The notes beneath the pieces are model-generated. The model had not been told where the DNA came from, searched no databases, and was given only the letters and a program-made list of their open reading frames with translations. A stretch of DNA of 56,543 bases from a virus (taxonomy: Duplodnaviria; Caudoviricetes), in the IMG/VR virus record IMGVR_UViG_3300046002_002936, positions 1-56,543 of that record, one strand, 5' to 3'. The position numbers and the translations under genes were made by a program. Shown here piece after piece: positions 45,261-54,853 of this stretch. Position 1 is the first letter of the stretch. Each line of letters starts with the position of its first letter.

Positions 45261-46181
45261 ATGTCTGAGAACCTAATGGAAGAGAACGACGACGAGGAGC
45301 TGATCGCCGTCGAGGAAGAACCGGATCAAACCGAAGCCGACGAGGGCGACGAGGACGATGACGAGGACGCGCGCCTCTCTGAGAGCCAAGATGACCTAGA
45401 CGACGAGGCATCCAGCCGGAACCGCAAGAAGCGCACCAAGCGGCGCGACTTGCAGAAGGCTGCCAAGGAGAACGCGCAGCGCGAGATCAGGATACTGCGA
45501 GAGCAGAACGACCTGCTCATGCGTCGCATGCAGGCCGTGGAGGGCAATGCCCTAGACCACAACGTCAACGCCATTGACCAGCGCCTCAATGAGGCTATCA
45601 GCGAGGCCCAGCAGGCCGAGCGGATCGTCGCACGGGCCGTCGAAGCCGGTAATGGTGACGACGTGGTTACCGCCATGCGTATGCGTGACGAGGCCAAGGA
45701 GCGAGCAGGTCAGCTCTACGCTGCCAAGCAGCAGGTCGAGAGCGCCAAGACCCAAATGTCTCAGCCGACCGTTGACCCACGGGTCACGAACTTGGCTCAG
45801 GAGTGGATCAAGGCCAACCCTTGGTACGACCCACAAGGTCGTGACGAGGACAGCGCCATCACCAAGGCCATTGACAATCAGTTGGTCCGTGAAGGCTACG
45901 ACCCCGCCAACTACGAGTATTGGCAAGCTCTCACCGAGCGCGTCTCTGCACGTATCGGAAGCTCCGACGCAGCCCCATCACGGGACACCGGAGCACCAAA
46001 GCGTAAGGCTCCTCCAATGGGCAACACGCGCGAGCATGCGCCTGTCAGCACCAAGAAAGAAGTCTACGTGACACCAGCCCGCAAACAAGCTATGATTGAC
46101 GCAGGCGTCTGGGATGATCCGACAAAACGGAACCAGATGCTTAAGGCATATCAGGCTTATGACCGCAACTCGGCTCGCTAG
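45261..46181 (+). CDS. Capsid scaffolding-like protein
   Basis: Acidic N-terminus, coiled coil, W...NPWY; upstream of the capsid genes. Confidence 0.6.
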   Translation: MSENLMEENDDEELIAVEEEPDQTEADEGDEDDDEDARLSESQDDLDDEASSRNRKKRTKRRDLQKAAKENAQREIRILREQNDLLMRRMQAVEGNALDHNVNAIDQRLNEAISEAQQAERIVARAVEAGNGDDVVTAMRMRDEAKERAGQLYAAKQQVESAKTQMSQPTVDPRVTNLAQEWIKANPWYDPQGRDEDSAITKAIDNQLVREGYDPANYEYWQALTERVSARIGSSDAAPSRDTGAPKRKAPPMGNTREHAPVSTKKEVYVTPARKQAMIDAGVWDDPTKRNQMLKAYQAYDRNSAR

Positions 46182-46186
46182 TAGGA

Positions 46187-46738
46187 GTGAACCAGATGAT
46201 CGAAGCTAATGATGAACGCCTGAAAAGGGACTTGGGTGTAGCCAGTCGGCGATCCCGCGCGATGGATGACAGGACTGTCACCGAAGACCGCGAGATGACC
46301 GATGACGACCGGCTCGAAATGTTCCAAATGCAAAGATTTAACGATGCACTACCCGATCTGCCGGAAATTCCCGGATATCATATGTGCTGGTTGTCCACGA
46401 CTAACGGTAGCGACCCAATCGCTCGCCGCATGCGCCTAGGATACACCCCGGTTAAGGCCGAGGACATCCCCGGATTTGAGTATGCGTCTGAGAAGACTGG
46501 CGAGTGGGCCGGATGCGTGGGCATCAATGAGATGCTAGCGTTTAAGCTGCCCTTGAGCCTCTACGAGAAGTTCATGCAGGAAGCTCACCATAATGCACCT
46601 AACCGCGAAGAGGGTAAGCTGGCCGACACGGCCAATTTCCTCCGAGACCAACTCAGGTCGGCGGGAAGCACGATATTCGAAGGTGATGGCATGCAGGAAA
46701 TGCATCAGCAAGCACCCGCCCGAGGTCATTTCGACTAA
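46187..46738 (+). CDS. Conserved head-module hypothetical protein
   Basis: LPDLPEIPGYHMCWLST...GYTPVK; TAGGAG SD. Confidence 0.65.
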   Translation: MNQMIEANDERLKRDLGVASRRSRAMDDRTVTEDREMTDDDRLEMFQMQRFNDALPDLPEIPGYHMCWLSTTNGSDPIARRMRLGYTPVKAEDIPGFEYASEKTGEWAGCVGINEMLAFKLPLSLYEKFMQEAHHNAPNREEGKLADTANFLRDQLRSAGSTIFEGDGMQEMHQQAPARGHFD

Positions 46739-46773
46739 GGGCTTTCGATTAACGTCTTACAAAGGGTAAGCAA

Positions 46774-47328
46774 ATGTCTTCGACTTCCGCTCCTTTTGGT
46801 CTGCGCGCGTCTTATTCGCCTATGGGTGTGGTCCGTCCACAAGCCATGACGATCCTGACTGCATACGGGGCCAACATTCTACAGAACCAGCCTGTCAAGA
46901 TCGGCACCAACGGTACCGTCGAAGCAGCCGCCATCAATGACAGCTTCATCGGCACCTTCTGCGGTGTCGAGTTCACTGACACGGATGGTCGTCGTCGCGT
47001 GTCCAACAAGTGGATCAGCGGCACGTCTGCCACGGACATCATCGCCTACGTCACGCTTGACCCAACGATGGTTTACGAAATCCAGTCCAACGCGGCTTTG
47101 AACGTGTTGAACATCGGTGAGCAGTACGACTTCACCACCATCACCGCAGGCAACGCCACGACTGGCCTTAGCCAACTGATGCTCGACGTGGCCTCTACGG
47201 CTGCCAACGCATCTCTCCGTCTGATCGGCATCACTCCGGGTCCGGATAACAACTGGGGCGACAACTTTGTCATCGCCCAAGTTCAAATCTCCGAACACCA
47301 GAATGTTGCTAAGATCGCAGCCTACTAA
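46774..47328 (+). CDS. Capsid decoration/cement-like protein
   Basis: APFGLR...GTFCGVEFTD...DP...YEIQ; immediately before MCP. Confidence 0.6.
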   Translation: MSSTSAPFGLRASYSPMGVVRPQAMTILTAYGANILQNQPVKIGTNGTVEAAAINDSFIGTFCGVEFTDTDGRRRVSNKWISGTSATDIIAYVTLDPTMVYEIQSNAALNVLNIGEQYDFTTITAGNATTGLSQLMLDVASTAANASLRLIGITPGPDNNWGDNFVIAQVQISEHQNVAKIAAY

Positions 47329-47342
47329 GGAGGGCTTAAACT

Positions 47343-48257
47343 ATGGCTAATCCAATGCGTAGTACAGACTTCCGCTCTATCGTCGAGCCCATCCTGAACC
47401 AAGAGTTCAATGGCATCTACGATCAACGCGCTGATGAGTGGAAGGCTGTTTTCGACGAGTTCACCGGCATCCCCCGGAACTACCACGAAGAGCCTGTCCT
47501 GTACGGGTTCGGCGCGGCTCCTGAGCTGCCAGATGGCATGCCTGTCACCTACCAGTCCGGTGGCGTGCTGTTCATCAACCGCTACGTCTACAAGGTCTAC
47601 GGTCTGGCATTCGCCCTGACCAAGGTCCTCGTGGAAGATGGTGACCACATCCGTATCGGCCAGACCTACGCCAAGCACTTGGCGCAGTCTCTGATCGAGA
47701 CGAAGGAAACCCTCACCGCCAACGTCCTCAATCGCGCCTTCAACGGCTCGTATGTCGGCGGCGACGGCGTGGCTCTGAACGCCAACAACCACCCCATCGT
47801 CAACGGCACGTTCTCGAACGTCCTGACGACCGCTGCCAACCTGTCGCAGACTTCGCTTGAGCAGATGCTCATCCAAATCCGCAACGCGGTTGACAACAAC
47901 GGTAAGCGCATCCGCCTCACCCCGAAGCAGATTGTTACCGGCCCATCCAACGTCTTCCAAGCTGAAGTGTTGCTGAAGTCCGCCCTGCGCGCAGGTACGG
48001 CCAACAATGACATCAACCCTGTGAAGTCGATGGGCATGCTGGACAAGGGTCAAGCCAACCTGTCGCGTATCACCTCCAACACCGCTTGGTGGGTGCAGAC
48101 CGATGCGTCGGATGGCCTGAAGCTGGCAAAGCGCCGTGGCCTCGAGAAGAGCATGGAAGGTGACTTCGAAACCGACAGCATGCGCTACAAGGCCACCGAG
48201 CGTTATGCAGTGGGCTGGACCGATCCAAGAGGAATTTACGGGACGAGTGGCCTTTAA
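47343..48257 (+). CDS. Major capsid protein (HK97 fold, Mu gpT-like)
   Basis: AAGGAGG SD; GGDGVAL...HP, EGDFETDSMRYKATERY..GWTDPRGIYG. Confidence 0.88.
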   Translation: MANPMRSTDFRSIVEPILNQEFNGIYDQRADEWKAVFDEFTGIPRNYHEEPVLYGFGAAPELPDGMPVTYQSGGVLFINRYVYKVYGLAFALTKVLVEDGDHIRIGQTYAKHLAQSLIETKETLTANVLNRAFNGSYVGGDGVALNANNHPIVNGTFSNVLTTAANLSQTSLEQMLIQIRNAVDNNGKRIRLTPKQIVTGPSNVFQAEVLLKSALRAGTANNDINPVKSMGMLDKGQANLSRITSNTAWWVQTDASDGLKLAKRRGLEKSMEGDFETDSMRYKATERYAVGWTDPRGIYGTSGL

Positions 48258-48273
48258 CGAGGACTAGTCCAGT

Positions 48274-48299
48274 GGGCCGAGGGTGAAAGCTCTCGGCCC
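48274..48299 (+). terminator. Hairpin after MCP
   Basis: GGGCCGAGG-GTGAAAG-CTCTCGGCCC; no strong U-tract. Confidence 0.4.
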
Positions 48300-48319
48300 C
48301 ATCTCTAAAGGGAAACACT

Positions 48320-48760
48320 ATGTCTCAAACTCTCTGGTCCGGCCCTCTCGCCTCTGGCGATAAGCAAGCCGGTGTTGCTGGTGGCCCGAACATCGGTCTG
48401 GTCGTTCTGTCTCAAAGCGTGTTGATCGACTTCGACGCCACGCTCGTTCAGAACGCCACCATGTACCTGCCACTCGGCTCGCGCATCGTGAACATCGTCG
48501 CCGATGTCCTGACGCAATACAACAGCGCCACCTCCGCCACGCTCACGGTCGGTACTGCCTCGGCAGGCACCACCTACGCCAGCGGCGTTAACGCCAAGAC
48601 TGCCGCGCGCACCACGCCCACCTTCACGGCGGCGCAACTGACTGCAATGGGTTCTACGGCTTTGGCTCCGGTGGTTTCCACCATCACCTCTGTCGGCCAG
48701 CCTACCGCAGGTCAGGTTCGCGTGACCGTGATGTACGTGCAAACCACGTCGCAAGACTAA
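48320..48760 (+). CDS. Virion structural protein
   Basis: Beta-rich, LP.GSRIVNI...TLTVGT; follows MCP. Confidence 0.6.
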   Translation: MSQTLWSGPLASGDKQAGVAGGPNIGLVVLSQSVLIDFDATLVQNATMYLPLGSRIVNIVADVLTQYNSATSATLTVGTASAGTTYASGVNAKTAARTTPTFTAAQLTAMGSTALAPVVSTITSVGQPTAGQVRVTVMYVQTTSQD

Positions 48761-48761
48761 G

Positions 48762-48799
48762 ATTAGGCCACTCGGGAAACTGGGTGGCCTAATACCTTT
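48762..48799 (+). terminator. Intrinsic terminator-like hairpin
   Basis: ATTAGGCCACTCGG-GAAA-CTGGGTGGCCTAAT then ACCTTT. Confidence 0.55.
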
Positions 48800-48859
48800 C
48801 GCGCGAGGCCTTAATGCGCTACACTAGGGTTCAAGACCCGCTTTGAAAAGGATGCGCCC

Positions 48860-49186
48860 ATGCGCCCCGTAGTTCTCTCGGTGACCGGCGTCGGCAATTC
48901 GGTGCCCGATCCTTTGGACCATTACCTGACCCCGTTCAACGTGTCGTTGGCCGTCGTGGTTACAGGAACCATCACCTACACCGTCCAGTACACCTACGAC
49001 GATGTGTTCGCCGCCAACTACAACCCCGCGACGGGGAACTGGCTGCCGCATCCGTCCCTCACGGCACAGACGGCGACCAAAGACAGCAACATTGCGTACC
49101 CCGTTCGAGCCGTTCGCCTGACCACCTCGGCAGGCACGGGCACGGCTACGCTGACCGTTATCCAAGCCGGTGGTGGAGGCCTCTAA
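48860..49186 (+). CDS. Virion structural protein
   Basis: YTVQYTYDD...PVRAVRL...TVIQAG. Confidence 0.6.
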   Translation: MRPVVLSVTGVGNSVPDPLDHYLTPFNVSLAVVVTGTITYTVQYTYDDVFAANYNPATGNWLPHPSLTAQTATKDSNIAYPVRAVRLTTSAGTGTATLTVIQAGGGGL

Positions 49187-49741
49187 ATGATCTCGACAAA
49201 CATCGACGGGTCTGTGCCCGGTTCCAACACGCTGGCCGATCTGCTGGCCCTCATCGCCGATCCGAAGGCCTACGCCTCAAAGCTCGCAGAGCTTGAGAAG
49301 GCCACCGCCGAGAACAAGAAGTACGTGGCGCTGATCGGCCCAGCCTCTGAGATCGACAAGTTGCGTTCCGACGCCGCTCTGGATCGCGAGAACGCGGCTG
49401 CGGCCACGGCCTTCGCCAAGAACTTCGCCGCGAACATCGTGGACGAGGCCAAGGGCGAAGCTGCGGAAATCATCTCCAAGGCCAAGGACAAGGCCGCCGA
49501 CATCATCGCAGACACCAAGGCCGCAAACGCTGAAGCCAAGAAGTTGAAGGCGTCTTTGACTGAGGCCATCGCTGATGCGCTGACGGCTAAGGAAGCCTCT
49601 CAGGTGAAGCTTGCCGAGGCCGATGCCGTCGCTGCGGAAGCCAACGCCAAGGCTGAAGAGCTGGCCAAGGCCCAAGCCGATCTGGCCGCCGAGAAGGACG
49701 CCATCGCAGCTCGCCATAAGCAGTTCATCGAAAGCCTCTAG
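49187..49741 (+). CDS. Ala/Lys-rich coiled-coil protein
   Basis: GGAGG SD; helical composition. Confidence 0.65.
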   Translation: MISTNIDGSVPGSNTLADLLALIADPKAYASKLAELEKATAENKKYVALIGPASEIDKLRSDAALDRENAAAATAFAKNFAANIVDEAKGEAAEIISKAKDKAADIIADTKAANAEAKKLKASLTEAIADALTAKEASQVKLAEADAVAAEANAKAEELAKAQADLAAEKDAIAARHKQFIESL

Positions 49742-49744
49742 GCC

Positions 49745-50434
49745 ATGTCCGGCGTCGTTGACTTCCGCACGCTACTCGAAGACGAGAATGGTAACCCCAT
49801 TAACGCCCTCAACCCTCTCCCCACAACGGGTGGCGGTGGAGGGGGTGGTGCGTTGGCGGATGTCCTACTCACGGACAGCAACGGTGCGATCTTTGTCAGC
49901 CGAGACGACGGCACTACGGTCACCTATTTCAACCTGAACACCAATGCGGTGTACACTCCAGTTGGCACGATCTCAGCGCCATCGAGCGGAGGCGGGGGCG
50001 GTAGTGCGCTGGCGGATGTCCTGCTCACGGACACCACGGGGGCAATCTTCGTTAGTCGCGACAACGGCGTAACGGTCACCTATTTTAACCTGAACACCAA
50101 CGCGGTCTACACGCCCGTAGGAACGATCTCGGCTGCCCCGGTGGCCGTAAGCAACATCGTCGCGGATGAGCTGCTGGACGGCCTGCAAACCCTGCTGATC
50201 CGCCTCCTGAACGCCACAAACAGCCCCAGAGGCTACGACGTGGCCTTGGGTAGGAACCGCGTCACGGCTTTGATCGAAAGCGGCACGGTAACGACGGTCG
50301 GCACGGTCAGCACGGTCACGGCGGTCAACGGCGTCGCGAACATCGGTAGCATTGGCAATCAGCAGGCCCAACTGCTTACCACCGGCCAAAACGTGTCGGC
50401 GTGGGCCGCGACAGTTAGATCGAGGATTACCTAA
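49745..50434 (+). CDS. Structural protein with a tandem 52-aa duplication
   Basis: Two copies of GGGG.ALADVLLTD..GAIFVSRD.G.TVTYFNLNTNAVYTPVGTISA. Confidence 0.7.
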   Translation: MSGVVDFRTLLEDENGNPINALNPLPTTGGGGGGGALADVLLTDSNGAIFVSRDDGTTVTYFNLNTNAVYTPVGTISAPSSGGGGGSALADVLLTDTTGAIFVSRDNGVTVTYFNLNTNAVYTPVGTISAAPVAVSNIVADELLDGLQTLLIRLLNATNSPRGYDVALGRNRVTALIESGTVTTVGTVSTVTAVNGVANIGSIGNQQAQLLTTGQNVSAWAATVRSRIT

Positions 50435-52047
50435 TGGCCAACACCTTCAAGAAGGTCATCGACCGCCAAATGTGGGTGCAGGTGCCACCCACACCCAACG
50501 CGGCGGCGGCTGCCACTTGCGTTTGTTCTGACTTGCGCTCTGACCGGTCGCGCAACCCGTTTGTCTATCAGCTTGTCAATGCCACCGTTTTAAATCGCTT
50601 CAACATCGTCTCCAAGGCTTGGAACTTTGTGCAATCCCCCGCCTTGGCTGGCACATTTGGTGCGGGCGCGGCGATGGTGTTTGCGCCGTCTCAGGGTCTC
50701 AAGGGCGTCTTGGCTGCTGGCAACACGACGTCTTCGATTGTTGTTTCTACCGCGTTCCCGACCGCCGTTGGTTTGAACATGCTTGCCAATCGCGGCGGAT
50801 CGGGCGAGTACGGGTTTAAGGTCCGCATCATCGGCAAGGCCGCTGGTAAGGTCGAGGAACGCTACATCGTCGGCAACACGGCAAGCGCCACGCCAACCCT
50901 TACGCTTGACACCCCCTTGACGTTTACGCCTGCTACTGGCGACGGTTACGAAATCCTCTCTGGCCGCGTGTTCATGCTGTCGGCGGGCGTTATGGCCGCG
51001 AACGCTTGGCGCTCGATTGAAGTCGCCACCAACACGCTGTCCACCGGCCTATCTATCGTCAACCTTCCGGCCACGGTCGGCACCGATACCTCGCTATTGG
51101 CTCTTGACGAGCAATACACGCCCTACGACTGCGTACCCGGCGAAGGTATGATCAAAGGCACGTTTCTTTACGACACCAACCTATCGGCACGTTACGCGCT
51201 AGCGGCGACCGCTGCGGGCGCTAGCAGCCTTACAGGTCAGGCCACAAACGGCGATAGTGTCGTGAAGGCCAACGAATATCGCAATTTCCAGATCAGGATC
51301 GTGCAAGACACGGTTAACGTCACGGCGGTTGGCCAGCGCAACATCATCGCCTCGCACACCGCTGGGCCATCGCCCGTCTACACGATGGGAACCGCTTGGG
51401 CTGTCACGCCATCATCGTCGGCCAAATATGTCATCGAACTGCCGAACCTGATCCTTGGGCGCTCCACGGCCACCACGTCGGTTTATACGTGGAACTATAA
51501 TGACACGACGATCAACAACGGCACGAACAGCATCGTGACGAACGCTTGGTCCATCACATACTTCGGCGCAGCGCCTGCCGCCAACGCATCAGGCGGAACG
51601 TGGGCACCGTCTTACGGCATCCAACCTGATCCAGCGCGAAACGCCCGCCAGTCGTTCTGCTACTTCTTCCGAGGGGCTGCTCAGAACCTTGACGTTCTGG
51701 ACATCGCTGGCGCAATCGCTGGAACGTGGACCGGCACCGTGACTTATGACGGGGCGCTAACGCTCACCGTTGGGACGTGCGGCTCTTATGCGCCGTTCAG
51801 CAACGAAGGCCGGATGTTTTACATGAACATCTATGTGGCATCTGCGGCCAACCAGATTTACCGTTTTGATGTCAAAAACCGGGTGTTGTCGCCCTTCACG
51901 GCCACAGATAACATCCAAGCAGGCACGGCGACCTTGGGGCAGCGCATGGCGGCTTACGCGGCGCTAGACGGCACGGACACCTACGACGTGGTGCTGCTTA
52001 TGTCTCACCTCTCGACAACATCCCAAGAACTCGTGGTGCTGGTCTGA
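50434..52047 (+). CDS. Beta-rich virion protein (spike/fibre-like)
   Basis: 537 aa, Thr/Ala/Gly-rich; TAATG coupling. Confidence 0.6.
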   Translation: MANTFKKVIDRQMWVQVPPTPNAAAAATCVCSDLRSDRSRNPFVYQLVNATVLNRFNIVSKAWNFVQSPALAGTFGAGAAMVFAPSQGLKGVLAAGNTTSSIVVSTAFPTAVGLNMLANRGGSGEYGFKVRIIGKAAGKVEERYIVGNTASATPTLTLDTPLTFTPATGDGYEILSGRVFMLSAGVMAANAWRSIEVATNTLSTGLSIVNLPATVGTDTSLLALDEQYTPYDCVPGEGMIKGTFLYDTNLSARYALAATAAGASSLTGQATNGDSVVKANEYRNFQIRIVQDTVNVTAVGQRNIIASHTAGPSPVYTMGTAWAVTPSSSAKYVIELPNLILGRSTATTSVYTWNYNDTTINNGTNSIVTNAWSITYFGAAPAANASGGTWAPSYGIQPDPARNARQSFCYFFRGAAQNLDVLDIAGAIAGTWTGTVTYDGALTLTVGTCGSYAPFSNEGRMFYMNIYVASAANQIYRFDVKNRVLSPFTATDNIQAGTATLGQRMAAYAALDGTDTYDVVLLMSHLSTTSQELVVLV

Positions 52048-52208
52048 TGTCCATCGCAGAACTCATAGACCTGATCAGTTCGGCGTTGGCGGCACAAAAC
52101 AGCGCCATGACTGACGCCGTTAAGAGGGGTAATCTGAGCGAGATCGCCCGGCTCACCCCGCTTATCGCAGAGACCGAACAGACGCTCGCGCAACTTAAAA
52201 CGCTGTAG
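52047..52208 (+). CDS. 53-aa helical protein (MSIAELIDL)
   Basis: TGATG coupling; ends just before the SD of the next gene. Confidence 0.55.
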   Translation: MSIAELIDLISSALAAQNSAMTDAVKRGNLSEIARLTPLIAETEQTLAQLKTL

Positions 52209-52219
52209 GAACCTAGCCC

Positions 52220-52645
52220 ATGGCCAACGTAAAAATCAGCGGGATGACCGCAGGGACAACCCTCACAGGCACTGAAGCCTTTGAGAGCGTGCAGGCTGGC
52301 AACACTCGGCAACTGTCGGCTTCGCAGATCAAGACTTACGTAGACAAGGCCATTTACACCTACGTCGTGCCCTTAACCGGCTTTTCGGTGACGATCACAA
52401 ACGGCATTCAGTATCTGATCCTTGACCCAGCGGGCAACGTGGCTGCGGGCACAATCACCCTGCCCTCCGGACCTGCTGACGGGGAAAGCCTGACCATTGC
52501 CGCCACGCACAACTGTACGGCCCTGACGCTAACGCCGGGGGCGGGGCAAACCATTGCAAACACGATCACCTCCCTAACGGCTGGTGTCGGCGTCAGCTTC
52601 CTCTATCGCGCCGCCAACGCCACTTGGTATCGGACGAGCAGCTAA
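52220..52645 (+). CDS. Tail-associated protein (MANVKIS N-terminus)
   Basis: MAxxKIS motif, TITLP..PADG, final WYR. Confidence 0.6.
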   Translation: MANVKISGMTAGTTLTGTEAFESVQAGNTRQLSASQIKTYVDKAIYTYVVPLTGFSVTITNGIQYLILDPAGNVAAGTITLPSGPADGESLTIAATHNCTALTLTPGAGQTIANTITSLTAGVGVSFLYRAANATWYRTSS

Positions 52646-52986
52646 TGGACCTGTCCTTCGCATCTAAGGCCGCTCAGGCAAAGGCGCAGATCGCGGACGC
52701 CCTGAAGCGCCTGCCACCCGCACCGCCGCCGGGGACGCCCCCAGCAAAGCCTCTAGGAGCGCCACCAGCGCCCGTTCCGCCTCAAGGTGGGCCACAGGCA
52801 CCAGCGCCGCTCGGAGCGCCTCCACCCGCCTCTCCATTGGCGGTCATGGGAATGCAGCCACAGGCGCAGCCACAGCCCGCACCACCTCAGCAGGCTCCCA
52901 ATCTTGCCGTCCCTCGCGCATACGCAAAGGGTGGAAAAGTGCGTAAACCCAAACGGTCATTGGCCGTTCAATTCAAAGGAAATTGA
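52645..52986 (+). CDS. Pro-rich disordered protein with SPLAV and YAKGGKV motifs
   Basis: TAATG coupling; motifs shared with other late proteins. Confidence 0.6.
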   Translation: MDLSFASKAAQAKAQIADALKRLPPAPPPGTPPAKPLGAPPAPVPPQGGPQAPAPLGAPPPASPLAVMGMQPQAQPQPAPPQQAPNLAVPRAYAKGGKVRKPKRSLAVQFKGN

Positions 52987-52987
52987 A

Positions 52988-53404
52988 ATGGATGACTTCA
53001 AGAACTCCACCCGCATGAAGATGATGGATGACATGCGAGGCCAAGGCGCAATATCAGACGCAGATCGGCGTCTCGTGGAGAAATCCTCGCGCCCACTGAC
53101 CTCATCTGAGATGCGTGCCGCTAAGGCTTTGATGATGGCCAAGGCCGCCGCGCCTAAGCGCGCGCCTATGATCCAGCCTACACGGGGTCAGGGCGCAATG
53201 TCAGCCGCAGAGCGCCGCATGAACCAGATGGATCGCCCCACCAACAATATGGGTGCCGAGGCCTACAAAAAGGGCGGCAAGGTCGGCGCATCAAAGGTTC
53301 CCTTTCTTGAAAAGAAGACCGGCGAGAAGTATGCCTCCAAGGCTGCCATGACCAAGCACGAGCGGGGCGAGAGCCTAGCCGTGAAAAAGGCTGAGGGCAA
53401 ATAA
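52988..53404 (+). CDS. Basic Met-rich protein with YKKGGKV motif
   Basis: AAGGA SD; MDDFKNSTRM; RGQGA.S.A.RR repeated twice. Confidence 0.6.
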   Translation: MDDFKNSTRMKMMDDMRGQGAISDADRRLVEKSSRPLTSSEMRAAKALMMAKAAAPKRAPMIQPTRGQGAMSAAERRMNQMDRPTNNMGAEAYKKGGKVGASKVPFLEKKTGEKYASKAAMTKHERGESLAVKKAEGK

Positions 53405-53410
53405 CACTGC

Positions 53411-53449
53411 AAGGGCGTCGTTTACAAGCGGCGCCCTTTTCTCTATAGT
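53411..53449 (+). promoter_or_regulatory. Terminator hairpin overlapping a sigma70 promoter
   Basis: AAGGGCGTCG...CGGCGCCCTTTT; TTTACA(53421)-17-TATAGT(53444). Confidence 0.6.
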
Positions 53450-53515
53450 CCACGCATAGCCAGAAATGTTTGCTCCCGATAGCAGACTGCTGCCCCACCA
53501 GATGAGCAGGACAGT

Positions 53516-54502
53516 ATGGCGTTTTCAAACACGACATCGCAGACGGTGTTTAACACCCGTAAAGTGATCGACAACGCGATCCGCCGATGCCGTGTGTCTG
53601 CCCAACAGATCACGTCCGAGCACATCGACATCGCCAATGACCAGCTCTATTTGCTGCTCGGCGAATTGGCCAATCAAGGCACACCACTGTGGTGTATCGA
53701 GAAGGTTTTGGTTCCGCTTTACGACGGCCAAGGCGATGTCACCCTATCCTCGGCCACTGTGGATATCCTGAATAGCAGCCTTCGCAGCCTTCAGACTGTC
53801 ACCGGCACCAACACCACCACAAGCACATCCGTAACCACCGACTTTGGTGGCGACACCTTTGTCACTACTGTCGGCGTCTTGTGGTCGGCGGCGTCCGTCC
53901 CCCTCAGCCTTCAACGCTCAGACGACGGCGTGGCGTGGACGACCATTCAGTCTGAAACCCCGGCAGCCGTCAGCGGCGAGTGGACGTGGTTCGATCTGGA
54001 CACAAGCATCGCCGCCCCGTATTTTCGCGTTCTGGCCACCAGTGGCGTTCTCTCGGCCTCTCAGGTCTATCTGGGCAACACGCCGACCGAGATACCGCTC
54101 TCACGCATGAACCGCGACGATTACACGGCCCTTCCCAACAAGTTTTTTCAGTCATCTCGACCCCTGCAATTCTGGTTCGACAGGCAGGTCCGTCAACCCA
54201 TCATGCACATGTGGCCTGTGCCAAATAGTGCCGCCACCACCAGCCAGCTCGTCGTGTGGCGTCAACGCTACATCATGGACGTGGGCAGCATGACGCAGGA
54301 GGTCGAGGTGCCCCAACGCTGGTACGAGGCGCTGGTGGCCGGTCTCGCGGCCAAGATGGCCATGGAGCTGATCGAGGTCGATCCGGGCATTATCCCCATG
54401 CTGGATCAAAAGGCCGCCATCGCCCTCAACATTGCCCAGATGGAAGAGCGCGACAACTCGCCAATGACCATCGCGCCAAACATTTCGATGTACACCCGAT
54501 GA
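53516..54502 (+). CDS. Head-tail connector / tail tubular-like protein
   Basis: LANQGTPLWCI, RDDYTALPNK, RPLQFWFDRQ, VPQRWYEALVAGLA. Confidence 0.6.
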   Translation: MAFSNTTSQTVFNTRKVIDNAIRRCRVSAQQITSEHIDIANDQLYLLLGELANQGTPLWCIEKVLVPLYDGQGDVTLSSATVDILNSSLRSLQTVTGTNTTTSTSVTTDFGGDTFVTTVGVLWSAASVPLSLQRSDDGVAWTTIQSETPAAVSGEWTWFDLDTSIAAPYFRVLATSGVLSASQVYLGNTPTEIPLSRMNRDDYTALPNKFFQSSRPLQFWFDRQVRQPIMHMWPVPNSAATTSQLVVWRQRYIMDVGSMTQEVEVPQRWYEALVAGLAAKMAMELIEVDPGIIPMLDQKAAIALNIAQMEERDNSPMTIAPNISMYTR

Positions 54503-54726
54503 GCGTCTTCCTCGACACACGCGGCAAGAGCACCCTCGGCATCGGCCTCTGCGCCCGATGCAGCCGCAAGTTCAGCCTCGACGACCTGATGCCAGATGGC
54601 AACATTCCGGGGCTTATGGTCTGCCGCGCAGACCGCGACGACTACGACCCTTACAGATTGCCTGCCCGTCAGACAGAGACGGTCACGCTGCGCTTCGTGC
54701 GCCCAGATGTGGCTCTTGAGCCATGA
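54499..54726 (+). CDS. Small Zn-binding virion-associated protein
   Basis: CARC...GLMVC...DPY.LP...RPD; ATGA overlap. Confidence 0.65.
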   Translation: MSVFLDTRGKSTLGIGLCARCSRKFSLDDLMPDGNIPGLMVCRADRDDYDPYRLPARQTETVTLRFVRPDVALEP

Positions 54727-54731
54727 CCCCC

Positions 54732-54823
54732 GTTCGCGCATCGAATGCGCTGAACTGGCTCGGCGTTGCTCCCGCCGAGTTGGAGCGCCGTCACGCGGTT
54801 CTCCCCCGCAGCGGCGGCGCTTC
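54732..54823 (+). ncRNA. Candidate structured RNA: three consecutive hairpins, two with CU-rich loops
   Basis: Stems 54732-54755, 54757-54781 (loop TTGCTCC), 54782-54823 (loop TTCTCCC). Confidence 0.4.
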
Positions 54824-54853
54824 TTCCAATCTCAATGTTTCTGGAGAAACAAA

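Noticed and set aside
47325-48053. 242-aa antisense ORF opposite the major capsid gene
   Set aside because: Shadow ORF of a highly biased gene
54732-54823. Multi-hairpin element as a tRNA
   Set aside because: No acceptor stem closing the hairpins, no canonical T-arm or anticodon arm geometry
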